64,000 nt of DNA. Source: an uncultured Acidimicrobiia bacterium. GTDB lineage: Bacteria > Acidobacteriota > Terriglobia > Versatilivoradales > Versatilivoraceae. Below are positions 1 to 9,717 of this stretch, piece by piece (positions within the stretch are counted from its first letter, which is position 1; every line of letters begins with the position of its first letter). The stretch is taken from positions 928,001 to 992,000 of the forward strand of contig CAWBAT010000006.1 in assembly GCA_963786955.1 (NCBI GenBank). The letters are read 5' to 3'. The notes under the pieces are model-generated. The model ran no database searches. It was not told the origin of the DNA and saw only the letters and a list, made by a program, of their open reading frames with translations. A program made the position numbers and the translations under genes.

Positions 1-677
1 TGGAGATTCCCATACCTTATGGTGAACGGTCGGGTCGGTCTAAGTTAAGTGTGATCAAGGACGGCACCCGATTTCTGAAGACTATTCTTTGGACAGCGCT
101 TCAGTATAACCCGGCACGAATTATGGAATTGGCCGGATTTGGAGCGCTCACCCTTGCCGGATTAATCGGGTTGCTCTTGATCATTGCCCGGGTTCAAGGG
201 ATTACAACTTTAGGACCATGGGGCGTGTTTGCAGTATTCACCAGCCTGGTAATGTCGGTGGGCGGCGTCAGCGTTTTTTCGCTGGGGATCTCCTTCAACT
301 ATCTTGTTGCTTTGTTCCACGAACGACCAATCCGGCAAGCGAGCCTAGTGGCCAGAATCATGGGTCCCTCGCCAGAACAGCACTTCGGCTGGATCGGTCT
401 GGGCTTATGTATTATGGGAACTATCTTTGCAAGTGCCAGCTTGCTGCTAGGATTTCATGGCTGGGAGATCACTCGGCTGTGGCTATGGCTCTTGGGTAGC
501 GCTCTCTTCCTCCTGGTGGGTATCCAATTGACACTTTTCTGGATGTTGATTCGGGTGCTGGGCACCTTAATCGAGCGGGAGGAAAAAATTGGGGAAGATT
601 TAATGGTCGAAGAAATTCCAGTGTCTCCAATCAATGCCACTCAGCGTCCTCTGATGACTGGGTCCGGCCTGCACTAA
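1..677 (+). CDS. GT2 (DPM1/GtrB-like) glycosyltransferase, C-terminal part; gene starts before the window
   Basis: The frame is open from base 3: EIPIPYGERSGRSKLSVIKDGTRFLKTIL, the typical C-terminal motif of polyprenol-phosphate GT2s, followed by about 4 TM helices. Confidence 0.8.
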   Translation, partial: EIPIPYGERSGRSKLSVIKDGTRFLKTILWTALQYNPARIMELAGFGALTLAGLIGLLLIIARVQGITTLGPWGVFAVFTSLVMSVGGVSVFSLGISFNYLVALFHERPIRQASLVARIMGPSPEQHFGWIGLGLCIMGTIFASASLLLGFHGWEITRLWLWLLGSALFLLVGIQLTLFWMLIRVLGTLIEREEKIGEDLMVEEIPVSPINATQRPLMTGSGLH

Positions 678-704
678 ACTGGCTTAACGTGAAAGGAGTC
701 TGCT

Positions 705-2432
705 TTGAAACTATCCAGTGCTGACCAAACCGGAACCCTCAACGACTTGAGGCATAATTTGGGAACTCGTCCTGTGAGGTCTTTGAAATCCGCTCAGTTT
801 CCCGATGCTGGTGCAGCCGTCAGGAATCTTACTCCCGGTCGATCCAAACAGGCAGTGGATGTTTTGCTTGTCAACCCACCTTCGCCCGACGGCGGAATTT
901 GGATTCGCACACAGCACCGTGTTGGGCGGCGAAGCCGGGAAGAAATGGTCTGGCCTCAGTGCTCGCTGGCCCAACTGGCCGCGATGCTCCAGCCCACCTA
1001 TTCGGTAGCCATAGTCGACGCGATCGCTGAAAGGATGAGCTGGAGTGAATTTGAGGCCCTGTTGCGACAAACGTCCCCCAGGTATTACCTGACCCAGGCA
1101 ACCGCCCCAACTCTGACAAACGACATGTATGGCGTGATGCTTGCCAAAAGTCTTGGCGCAAGAACTATTGCGTTTGGTACCCACGTTACGCCCATGCCCT
1201 TTGAGACCATGCGGGATTACCCAGCCCTGGATTTGATCCTCAGGGGTGAACCTGAACTCACATTTCGGGAATTGATCGATGGACTCGATGGAAAGTACTC
1301 GGGTCAGCCTGACTGGCTTGTCCGGCTCTTAAAGAAGACTGACTCCCAATGGCAACCTCCCGTTTCTCGGATTCAGTCACAAGACCGATTGGATCTTTCC
1401 GGAATCAAGGGACTTGTGTGGAGAAATCAAGGAGAAATACAACAGAATGTCGACAGAGGCTTCATTCCAAACCTGGACGACCTGCCGTTGCCGATGTACG
1501 ATCGCCTTCCTCTCGAAGCCTATCGTATGCCGCTCATGAAGGGACCGTTTTGTTTCGTGTTGACCAGCCGGGGTTGCCCCGCAGGATGTAAATACTGCAT
1601 CAAACACGTTTCTTACCAGTGGTCCGTGAGGCTACTGTCTCCAGAACGTATTCTGCAGGAAATTCGCATTCTGTATGACATGGGGATTCGAAATATTCAC
1701 ATGTATGCCGACCTGTTCACGGTGAACCGTGAACAAGTCATGGGCCTTTGCAACTTAATATTAGAGGAGAACCTGAAGATTAGATGGACCTGCAACAGCC
1801 GCGTCGATTACGTCGATGAGGAGATGTTGACACTGATGGGACGAGCGGGTTGCTGGATGATTGCCTGGGGCATAGAAAGTGGGAATGAAATCATCCTGAG
1901 AAGGGCGGCTAAAGGGGCTAATCCGAAAAAGGCCCACCAGGCTCTTACTTGGGCGCGAAAAGCGGGAATCAAAAACTGGGGCTACTTCATTATTGGATTG
2001 CCAGGAGAAACCGTAGAGACGATTCGCGAGACCATTGATCTCTCGAAGAGCCTCCCATTGGAGATTGCTCTCTTTCATGTGGCCGCTCCTTATCCGGGAA
2101 CACCCTTTTTCTTTGAAGTGGTTGAGAACGGTTGGTTTAAAGAGGGGACCCAATGGGAACAGGTGGACATGGATAAGGGGACGGTCCTGCAATACGAGAA
2201 TCTTTCGGCTGAAGATCTGCTGTATTGGCAGCGCCGCGCCTTTCGAGAATGGGCATTTCGCCCAGGGCCCGCCTTCACTTACTTGAAGATGCTACTAAGC
2301 GATCCCCGAACATTTAAGCGTGCGGTTCAGGTTGGCATAGATCACCTTCGTTGGGCGTTTGGCGGTTCTAAACCGTCGGCAAGTCATGAGTCAGTCGGGG
2401 GCGGCACGACCGTCGAAAAGCAATATTCCTAG
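705..2432 (+). CDS. Cobalamin-binding radical SAM enzyme (HpnJ-like, class B)
   Basis: N-terminal B12-binding region (LLVNPP...SLAQLAAML...GTHVT...RGEPE), SRGCPAGCKYC CxxxCxxC motif, GIESG, YFIIGLPGET and PYPGT motifs. Confidence 0.88.
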   Translation: MKLSSADQTGTLNDLRHNLGTRPVRSLKSAQFPDAGAAVRNLTPGRSKQAVDVLLVNPPSPDGGIWIRTQHRVGRRSREEMVWPQCSLAQLAAMLQPTYSVAIVDAIAERMSWSEFEALLRQTSPRYYLTQATAPTLTNDMYGVMLAKSLGARTIAFGTHVTPMPFETMRDYPALDLILRGEPELTFRELIDGLDGKYSGQPDWLVRLLKKTDSQWQPPVSRIQSQDRLDLSGIKGLVWRNQGEIQQNVDRGFIPNLDDLPLPMYDRLPLEAYRMPLMKGPFCFVLTSRGCPAGCKYCIKHVSYQWSVRLLSPERILQEIRILYDMGIRNIHMYADLFTVNREQVMGLCNLILEENLKIRWTCNSRVDYVDEEMLTLMGRAGCWMIAWGIESGNEIILRRAAKGANPKKAHQALTWARKAGIKNWGYFIIGLPGETVETIRETIDLSKSLPLEIALFHVAAPYPGTPFFFEVVENGWFKEGTQWEQVDMDKGTVLQYENLSAEDLLYWQRRAFREWAFRPGPAFTYLKMLLSDPRTFKRAVQVGIDHLRWAFGGSKPSASHESVGGGTTVEKQYS

Positions 2433-3867
2433 GAGTTTTCTCATTTCTCAGCCTGTAGAATTGTTGCGTACGAAGAATTGCAAGGCGTGGACGGCACTGG
2501 TGTGCATACTTTTAGCGGCTGTTTCGGCTGGCCTGTCCCTTCCCATTCAAATCTACCTGATGATCATCGGTGGGCTCGCTACTCTTGGTACTGTTCTGGT
2601 TGCCCTTCTCGTTCAGACCAGGAATCCCACGCTGGGATTTGCGGGCCTCATTTTGACAGCGGCGGCGTTTCCATTCGAATTTCATGGCCCATCCAAATCC
2701 ATTCTGAGTTTCCCCTTTTTGATTGCAACCTATCTCTGTATAGGGTGGATTGTGGCACTTCTCGCCCGCAGTCACCATCAAGGGCTCGACTCCTCCCGCG
2801 TGGTGTATGCGGTGCTGGCTTTCATGATCGCGTCCATTATTTCTTTTGTGGCTGGACAGTATCCGTGGTTTCCAGTGGAGGGTGCGCCGTTGGGGGCTCA
2901 ATTGGCGGGTTTGGGACTCTTTCTTTTATCCGGCGGGCTCTTTCTGGCTGTCGGACATCAAGTCAGGAATCTTGCCCAGCTGAGGTGGCTTACCTGGTTG
3001 TTCCTGGGTGCAGGAGCGGTGAGCTGTTTTGCAGATGTTTTCTGGCTGGACTTCGTGAGCCGATGGACAAAGCCCGGATCCCTTGGCAGCCTGTTTTGGA
3101 CATGGCTTGTGGCTTTGAGTTTTAGCCAGGCCGCCTTCAATCTGCAATTGTCCCGGGCCACGAGAATATCCCTATACTGTTTGACTGGGCTGAGCCTTTA
3201 TCGCGGTTTTTTTCAATCCTTCGACTGGGCCTCTGGCTGGCTGCCACCACTGATTTCATTCGGAGTTGTCCTTTTCTTCCGGTTACCTAGAATTGCTCTA
3301 GGTCTGGCCTTGCTAGCAGCTCCATTGGGTTTGTTTCTTTCCACGGTATTACGGGAAGCCGTTGATGCCCATGAGCGATATAGCCTTTTGACCCGACTTG
3401 AAGCCTTGAGTGTATTAGGGGATGTTTTAGAAAAGAGTCCATTGATTGGTCTGGGCCCGGCCAACTACTTCCATTACGCAGCATTATTCCCAATCCTTGG
3501 ATGGTATACGAATTTCAGTTCTCATAACAACTACGTGGACTTGCTTGCACAAGTAGGCTTACTTGGTTTTCTTGCTTTTTGTTGGTTTATTTTTGAAATG
3601 GTTCAGTTGAGCTTGCGTGTGTACTCTTCCGTGCCTGGTGGCTTTGCACAGGCCTATCTTATTGGTTCCATAGGTGGTTTGGCCGGATCATTAGCTTCCG
3701 GGATGCTTGCCGACTGGATCATCCCTTTCTTCTACAATATTGGCATCCGGGGGTTCCGTTCGAGCTTATTGTTCTGGGTCTTCCTGGGAGGAATCCTCGC
3801 ACTGAAGCGAATTGTCTCCAATCCATTGGATGAACTAGAGCATTCGATGTCTTGTGAACCGCTTTAG
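2359..3867 (+). CDS. O-antigen ligase/Wzy polymerase-like membrane protein (start uncertain)
   Basis: Many TM helices. Periplasmic loop ...SPLIGLGPANY...SHNNYVDLLAQVGLLG matches the Wzy_C/O-antigen ligase motif. Confidence 0.82.
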   Translation: MAVLNRRQVMSQSGAARPSKSNIPRSFLISQPVELLRTKNCKAWTALVCILLAAVSAGLSLPIQIYLMIIGGLATLGTVLVALLVQTRNPTLGFAGLILTAAAFPFEFHGPSKSILSFPFLIATYLCIGWIVALLARSHHQGLDSSRVVYAVLAFMIASIISFVAGQYPWFPVEGAPLGAQLAGLGLFLLSGGLFLAVGHQVRNLAQLRWLTWLFLGAGAVSCFADVFWLDFVSRWTKPGSLGSLFWTWLVALSFSQAAFNLQLSRATRISLYCLTGLSLYRGFFQSFDWASGWLPPLISFGVVLFFRLPRIALGLALLAAPLGLFLSTVLREAVDAHERYSLLTRLEALSVLGDVLEKSPLIGLGPANYFHYAALFPILGWYTNFSSHNNYVDLLAQVGLLGFLAFCWFIFEMVQLSLRVYSSVPGGFAQAYLIGSIGGLAGSLASGMLADWIIPFFYNIGIRGFRSSLLFWVFLGGILALKRIVSNPLDELEHSMSCEPL

Positions 3868-3873
3868 GTACGG

Positions 3874-5061
3874 ATGCGCATCCTCTTCCTTTCTCAGCTT
3901 CTCCCGCTGCCCCTGGATGCCGGTCCGAAGATACGAGCATTCTACGTATTACGCTACTTGGCCGAAGCAGGTCATGAGCTGACACTCTTGTGTTTCACTC
4001 GGCCCGGAGACGATGAGCGGAACCTCCAACGGCTCCGTGGAATTTGCCATTCTGTTGAGACTGTTCCCCTGATTCGGTCGCGATCCAAAGATTTCTCCAA
4101 TGGACTTCATAGCCTCTTTTCAGCAACTCCGTTTCTTATTCTTCGGGATCAATTGCCATCGATGCGGCAAAAACTTGAACAGATCATGAACCGCCGCTCA
4201 TTTGACGCGCTGCATGCCGATCAACTCTGGATGTCTCCTTACATCATGGAAACCAGTGGCCCCTCTCTCAAGGTATTGGATCAGCACAATGCGGTCTTCA
4301 TGATCCCACGCCGGTTGGCGGACTGCACGGGCAACCCCCTTGCAAAAGCTCTCTTGCGCGAAGAAGCATCAAAGCTCGAGACCTTCGAGCGCCGTGTTTG
4401 CAAAATATTCGACCGAGTTGTCTGGGTCAGCAAAGAAGACCAGAAAGCTGTAGGCTCCCCGGGTGAAGACCAGCACTCTCGGGAATGTATTATCCCAATT
4501 GCCACCGAGCCTTTCACAAAGCTGCCCTTGCGACGCCAACAACCTTTTCGAGTGACTTTCGTGGGTGGTATGCATTGGCCACCCAACGCGGAAGGAATAG
4601 CCTGGTTTGTTAATAAAGTCTGGCCCAAGGTGACTCTTGCTGCGCCATCGGCAGTACTGACGCTGATCGGAAAAGGAACACCCAAAAAGCTTAGCCGCCT
4701 AGGACGGGGGTCGAATGTGGAGGTAGCGGGCTATGTGCCCAATCTCGAGCAGTATCTCTCCGAGACCGCAGCCTTTATCGTCCCTCTCCGCTCTGGTGCT
4801 GGCATGAGAGTCAAGATTCTGGATGCGTGGTCGTGGGGATTGCCAGTCGTCTCGACTTCATTGGGGGCCGAAGGGATAAAAATCGCCGCTGGTGAAAATC
4901 TGCTTGTCGCTGATGACGAGGAGTCCTTTGCGAATAGTCTTATCCAGGTGATGAGGGACCGTAACCTGGCCCGAAGACTTACCGAAAACGGGCGCACGAC
5001 GGTTGAGACACTTTACAACTGGAAAACTGTTTATAAGGCATGGGATCAAATCTACCACTGA
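3874..5061 (+). CDS. GT4 glycosyltransferase
   Basis: MRILFLSQLLPLPLDAGPKIR start; GGMHWPPNAEG and VPLRSGAGMRVKILDAWSWGLPVVST motifs. Confidence 0.9.
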   Translation: MRILFLSQLLPLPLDAGPKIRAFYVLRYLAEAGHELTLLCFTRPGDDERNLQRLRGICHSVETVPLIRSRSKDFSNGLHSLFSATPFLILRDQLPSMRQKLEQIMNRRSFDALHADQLWMSPYIMETSGPSLKVLDQHNAVFMIPRRLADCTGNPLAKALLREEASKLETFERRVCKIFDRVVWVSKEDQKAVGSPGEDQHSRECIIPIATEPFTKLPLRRQQPFRVTFVGGMHWPPNAEGIAWFVNKVWPKVTLAAPSAVLTLIGKGTPKKLSRLGRGSNVEVAGYVPNLEQYLSETAAFIVPLRSGAGMRVKILDAWSWGLPVVSTSLGAEGIKIAAGENLLVADDEESFANSLIQVMRDRNLARRLTENGRTTVETLYNWKTVYKAWDQIYH

Positions 5062-6356
5062 AGATACTCTACGTTGTGCCCTATGTGCCCAGCCGTATCC
5101 GAACGCGTCCGTTTCATCTGATCAAAGCCCTCGCTTCGGAAGGACACCGAATTACACTGGCCGCATCCTGGACCAAACGGGAAGAATTTGCTGCGTTTCA
5201 GGAATTGGTCGGCCTTGAAAGTATTTTGGCCGAAAGAATTGCATTCAGCCGATCCCTGTGGAATTGCTTATGGGCTCTTCCCACGGCTCGTCCATTTCAG
5301 GCATCCTATAGCTGGTGCCCACAACTCGCCAAACGCATAACCGGCCTATTCAAAACAGAGGTTTTTGATGTTGTTCATGTCGAACACTTGCGCGGAGTTC
5401 GATATGCATTGCTTCTCAATGAAATCATCAAAGCCAGCAGCCACAAGCGGCCTCAACTGGTTTGGGACAGTGTTGATTGTATTAGTGGGCTGTTTCGTCA
5501 TGCAGCTCAAGAGAGCTCCACACTCCGGTCTCGGATCGCTGCCAGGCTCGAACTTGGTCGAACGGAGCAGCTTGAGGGATGGCTCACCACGCAGTTTGAC
5601 CGAATCCTCATGACCTCAGACTCGGACCGGCGCGAACTCCTGAAGTTGGCTGCCTATTGGCATCAGCAGAATGGAAATGGCAAAGCAGGCTTATTGGCTT
5701 CCCGCATCACGGTTGTCCCTAACGGCGTCGATCTGGAGTACTTTTCCCCAAGCGGAGAAGCCAGGGAGCCACTCACCTTGGTGATATCCGGCAAGATGAG
5801 CTACCACGCAAACATCACGGCAGTGCTGCGTTTTGTCAAAGAAGTAATGCCGAAAATCTGGGCCGCACTTCCTGAAACTCGGCTTTGGATTGTCGGGAAG
5901 AACCCTTCCCGGGCAATTCAGAAGCTAGGCATTCCCTGGGAGGAGAGCCAGAATATGAGTATCTCGCGAAATGGCAACAGCGAAACACGAATTCAGATCA
6001 CGGGTACTGTGACGGATATTCGGCCTTTTCTTCGCAGAGCGACTGTTGCTGTGGCCCCCATTCAATATGGTGTCGGCATTCAAAACAAAGTTCTCGAGGC
6101 AATGGCCTGTGGGACGCCGGTTGTAGCAACTCCCCAGGCGGTATCTGCTCTTCACGTGCAGTCGGACCGGGACCTCATCATAGCCGAAAACCCACAAGAC
6201 CTCGCAGACTCCATTATTTCCATGTTGAAGAATCCAAAACGTCGACTGAGATTGGGTCTGTCGGGTAGAAAGTATGTCGAACAGCAACACGAGTGGCGCT
6301 CCATTGCGCGCGATTTAACCGCGATTTATCAAGATGCCAGCTGTCATGTATCTTAA
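5040..6356 (+). CDS. GT4 glycosyltransferase
   Basis: VVPNGVD, GKMSYHAN and APIQYGVGIQNKVLEAMACGTPVV motifs. Translationally coupled to the upstream gene. Confidence 0.9.
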   Translation: MGSNLPLKILYVVPYVPSRIRTRPFHLIKALASEGHRITLAASWTKREEFAAFQELVGLESILAERIAFSRSLWNCLWALPTARPFQASYSWCPQLAKRITGLFKTEVFDVVHVEHLRGVRYALLLNEIIKASSHKRPQLVWDSVDCISGLFRHAAQESSTLRSRIAARLELGRTEQLEGWLTTQFDRILMTSDSDRRELLKLAAYWHQQNGNGKAGLLASRITVVPNGVDLEYFSPSGEAREPLTLVISGKMSYHANITAVLRFVKEVMPKIWAALPETRLWIVGKNPSRAIQKLGIPWEESQNMSISRNGNSETRIQITGTVTDIRPFLRRATVAVAPIQYGVGIQNKVLEAMACGTPVVATPQAVSALHVQSDRDLIIAENPQDLADSIISMLKNPKRRLRLGLSGRKYVEQQHEWRSIARDLTAIYQDASCHVS

Positions 6357-7857
6357 ACATTCTCAGGCCACTAAGGACTCAGCTGCACAAGCAGTCCCCC
6401 CTGCCCCGCCGCTTCCCAGAAGAAAACTACAGGAGGGGCGGAGACGACTGCTTCTACCCAGAAACCGCACCTTGTGGGCCATCATCCTTTTGGGAGTGTC
6501 ATTAAGAGTCGCTTCAGCCCTCTACCAAGGAAATACCGTAGCGGCGATGCCCGGCGTTTTTGACCAAATCTCTTACCATAAATTGGCGCTACGTGTTTTG
6601 GGAGGAAACGGCTTTAGTTTTGATACCGGCTGGTGGCCGGCCACGCCCGCAAATCAGCCAACGGCGCATTGGAGTTTCTTATATGTCCTTTTCCTTGCTG
6701 CCATTTATTTGGTTACGGGACCAATCCCACTTGCAGCCCGGTTGATTCAGGCAGTTTTGACGGGTATTCTCATGCCTCTGATCACCTGGCGGATTGGCCG
6801 AAGGTTATTTGGTCCCAAAGTTGGCCTGGTATCCGCTGCACTGACCGCGTTCTATGCATATTTCGTTTATTATGCCGGGGCGTTGGTAACGGAATCGTTC
6901 TTTATCCTTGCCATATTATGGGCCTTGGATGTCTCGACGGCTTTGGCCGATTCTTCAAACCCCCTTTATTGTAAACGGGAGGTGAAGCCTTGGGTCTATT
7001 TAGGGCTCGCCTTTGCATCAGCAGCTCTTCTCCGCCAAACCATCCTCCTCCTCGTTCCGTTCGTTCTTGCGTGGATTGCCTGGCAGGTACACCACCGAAC
7101 CTCCTCTAAAAGTCCCCTCTTAGGAGGAGAAAGATGGCTTCAGCCTTCAGGGGTGGGTCGGTCCACGAAGACGCCTGTAGTCCCGCTTTTGAGCCGCATG
7201 ACATTGACCGTTTTGATAGTTTTCGCCTTCATTCTGCCCTGGACGGTCCGAAATTATAGGGTTTTTGGTCAATTCGTCCTGCTCAACACCAATGCCGGAT
7301 TTGCCTTTTTTTGGGGGAATCACCCTATTCATGGAAGTGAGTTTATTCCCCTATTGCCCGGGAACAGAACGACCTACGGGGCTTTGATCCCTGAGGAACT
7401 GCGCGGGTTCAACGAGGCCCGATTGGATAGGGCACTCCTTTTGCGCGGATTAACATTTGCACGAGAGGATCCGGCTCGCTACATACGACTTTCCATCAGC
7501 AGGGCCAAGGAATTTTTCAAATTTTTGCCGTCCCAAAACTCTGGAGTGGCAAGCAATTATGCCAGAGTCCTGTCGTTCGGACTTTGTTTCCCTTTCATCT
7601 TATTTGGTTTGATTTTGGTTGTTCCCTGTTGGAAAGGATGGGGAAGCCCACAATACTATCCAGGTGCGGTGCTCCTCTTCTTTGTTTCGGCAGGCTACAC
7701 CCTTATTCATCTAATGACCTGGAGCCTTATCCGGTATCGTCTCCCGGTTGATGCCATCACCATGCCCTTTGCAGCATTTTCCATGGTATACGCGTACGAC
7801 CGCGTTTTCGGTGCCACCCAATTCGCTCGCGTTCTCCTGCCGCGACCAGTCGACTGA
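6334..7857 (+). CDS. GT-C fold membrane glycosyltransferase (ArnT/PMT-like)
   Basis: Multi-TM protein with DQISYH loop, LVTESFF, PWTVRNYRVFGQFVLLNTNAGFAFFWGN and C-terminal RYRLP motifs. Confidence 0.8.
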   Translation: MPAVMYLKHSQATKDSAAQAVPPAPPLPRRKLQEGRRRLLLPRNRTLWAIILLGVSLRVASALYQGNTVAAMPGVFDQISYHKLALRVLGGNGFSFDTGWWPATPANQPTAHWSFLYVLFLAAIYLVTGPIPLAARLIQAVLTGILMPLITWRIGRRLFGPKVGLVSAALTAFYAYFVYYAGALVTESFFILAILWALDVSTALADSSNPLYCKREVKPWVYLGLAFASAALLRQTILLLVPFVLAWIAWQVHHRTSSKSPLLGGERWLQPSGVGRSTKTPVVPLLSRMTLTVLIVFAFILPWTVRNYRVFGQFVLLNTNAGFAFFWGNHPIHGSEFIPLLPGNRTTYGALIPEELRGFNEARLDRALLLRGLTFAREDPARYIRLSISRAKEFFKFLPSQNSGVASNYARVLSFGLCFPFILFGLILVVPCWKGWGSPQYYPGAVLLFFVSAGYTLIHLMTWSLIRYRLPVDAITMPFAAFSMVYAYDRVFGATQFARVLLPRPVD

Positions 7858-8049
7858 TCTGTCCAAGAATGAATCCCCCATTCCGCAAGGAAGCTATAGG
7901 CAGATCAGTTCTGTCGCTCGAATTGCTTCAATGCTACAGGGGCGATCATTGGAGAGTCGCGGTGTAGACTGCCGACACCTTATTTTTTGACTGTACTTTA
8001 ACTAAATTTTGCGAATCGGGCTAGGGCTCTACTAGGAATCTAAAAACAC

Positions 8050-9546
8050 ATGGAAGTTCAGATCCGCAGCATACCGTTTGTCCAAACAGTGGCTTCCTGC
8101 CCTGAGGCGCCGATTCTCTCTCTGAGATACCAGCGTCTTATCCTGAAGGCAGGGTTGATACTGAGTGATGTTCTTGCGTTGGGCCTTGCCTTTCGAATCG
8201 CTTACTGGATGCGATTTGACCTGCAGGTGACTGCTGCGCCGGGTGTTTTACCTAACCCTGAGTTCTACCCAAGTCTGGCAGCATTGTTGATCCCAATCTC
8301 GCTTCTGGTGTTTGTCCCGTTCAAGCTTTATGAGCCCCACGTACTCCTCGGTGGAGTTACGGAGTATTCCCGGGCATTCAATGCGTGCACTGCAGCAACG
8401 ATGATAGTTGTTCTGGCAACCTTCTTCTTCCCGCAGTTCGTAGTGTCTCGGATGTGGGTGATTTCGGCTTGGTTTTTTTCATTTGTTTTCGTGTTGTTCA
8501 ACCGCTTCTTATGTCGCCGGTTGGCCTATGCGGCGCGTCAAAGAGGGTATCTCCTCACTCCCGCTGTTATTATTGGGACGAACGAAGAGGCTGTGATCCT
8601 GGCTGCCGATCTGAGCCGCTGGCAAGCTTCCGGACTCCGCTTAATCGGCTTCGTGTCAAGCAACAGCCCGGAAGACAGAGACGAGAGCCTCGTTCTTCCC
8701 GTCCTTGGCTCCACAGGCGAGATCCATAGGATCATCAAGGAACACGCAATTGAAGATCTCGTCGTTGCCATAACAGCCTTGAAACGAGAGAATCTGTTGC
8801 AGTTGTGTGAAGAAGTAAACTCTTTTCCCGATGTCAACTTGAGACTCTCTTCAGGTCTCTACGAACTTCTCACAACACGGGTTAGCGTGAGAACGATGGG
8901 ACCTGTCCCATTGTTGAGCCTGAGCAAAATCCGACTAGAACCGGCAGAAGTTTATGTCAAAACCATATTGGAGTACGCGCTCGCCGTTGTGGCCTTGCTG
9001 TTAATGTTTCCTCTCTTTCTTTTCATTACGCTATTGATCAAGATAGATTCTCCCGGCCCGATAGTCTATCGCAGGAGGGTCCTCGGCGTGTCAGGGAAGC
9101 AGTTTGATGCTTTTAAGTTTCGGACGATGCATACAAATGGGGATGATTTATTGAACCACCACCCTAGTCTATTACAGCTGTTAAGAGTTAATCATAAACT
9201 AAAGGAAGACCCGCGCATCACTAAGGTGGGCCGCTGGCTAAGAAAGTACAGCCTGGATGAATTACCACAACTGTTCAATGTCCTGCTAGGTCAAATGAGC
9301 CTCGTGGGTCCGCGCATGATCACATCGGCTGAGGCCGCGAAATATGGTCGCCACAAGCTCAATCTCTTGACGGTCAAGCCGGGTATTACTGGACTCTGGC
9401 AGGTATCGGGCAGGTCCGAGCTTTCCTATGAGGAGAGGGTCCGGCTCGACATGTATTATGTCCGCCATTACAGCGTGTGGCTCGATCTGCAAATTCTCTT
9501 TGTTCAAACCATTCCAGCAATTGTCAGAGGTCACGGAGCCTACTAA
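8050..9546 (+). CDS. Undecaprenyl-phosphate sugar phosphotransferase (WcaJ/WbaP-like priming transferase)
   Basis: N-terminal TMs and a CoA-binding-like domain; FKFRTM, DPRITKVGRWLRKYSLDELPQLFNVL.GQMSLVGPR and KPGITGLWQVSGR motifs. Confidence 0.95.
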   Translation: MEVQIRSIPFVQTVASCPEAPILSLRYQRLILKAGLILSDVLALGLAFRIAYWMRFDLQVTAAPGVLPNPEFYPSLAALLIPISLLVFVPFKLYEPHVLLGGVTEYSRAFNACTAATMIVVLATFFFPQFVVSRMWVISAWFFSFVFVLFNRFLCRRLAYAARQRGYLLTPAVIIGTNEEAVILAADLSRWQASGLRLIGFVSSNSPEDRDESLVLPVLGSTGEIHRIIKEHAIEDLVVAITALKRENLLQLCEEVNSFPDVNLRLSSGLYELLTTRVSVRTMGPVPLLSLSKIRLEPAEVYVKTILEYALAVVALLLMFPLFLFITLLIKIDSPGPIVYRRRVLGVSGKQFDAFKFRTMHTNGDDLLNHHPSLLQLLRVNHKLKEDPRITKVGRWLRKYSLDELPQLFNVLLGQMSLVGPRMITSAEAAKYGRHKLNLLTVKPGITGLWQVSGRSELSYEERVRLDMYYVRHYSVWLDLQILFVQTIPAIVRGHGAY

Positions 9547-9549
9547 ACG

Positions 9550-9620
9550 GTAGGGACGGGCACCCTGCCTGTCCATTCGTGTGATTCGTGGGCTTTGTCT
9601 TCTTGGCGTTCTTGGCGGTT
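9550..9620. repeat. Composite intergenic repeat: GTAG hairpin plus two solo periodic motifs
   Basis: GTAGGGACGGGCACCCTGCCTGTCC (9550-9574), ATTCGTGTGATTCGTGGG (9575-9592) and CTTTGTCTTCTTGGCGTTCTTGGCGGTT (9593-9620) directly abut one another. Confidence 0.6.
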
Positions 9621-9717
9621 AGACTTGTTTTCGCCGCTCTTAAACCAGGACTTCAAATCACAATCAACTCACCATTTTGAGACTACTCATCAAAACCACC
9701 AAGGAGCTCTTCAATAA

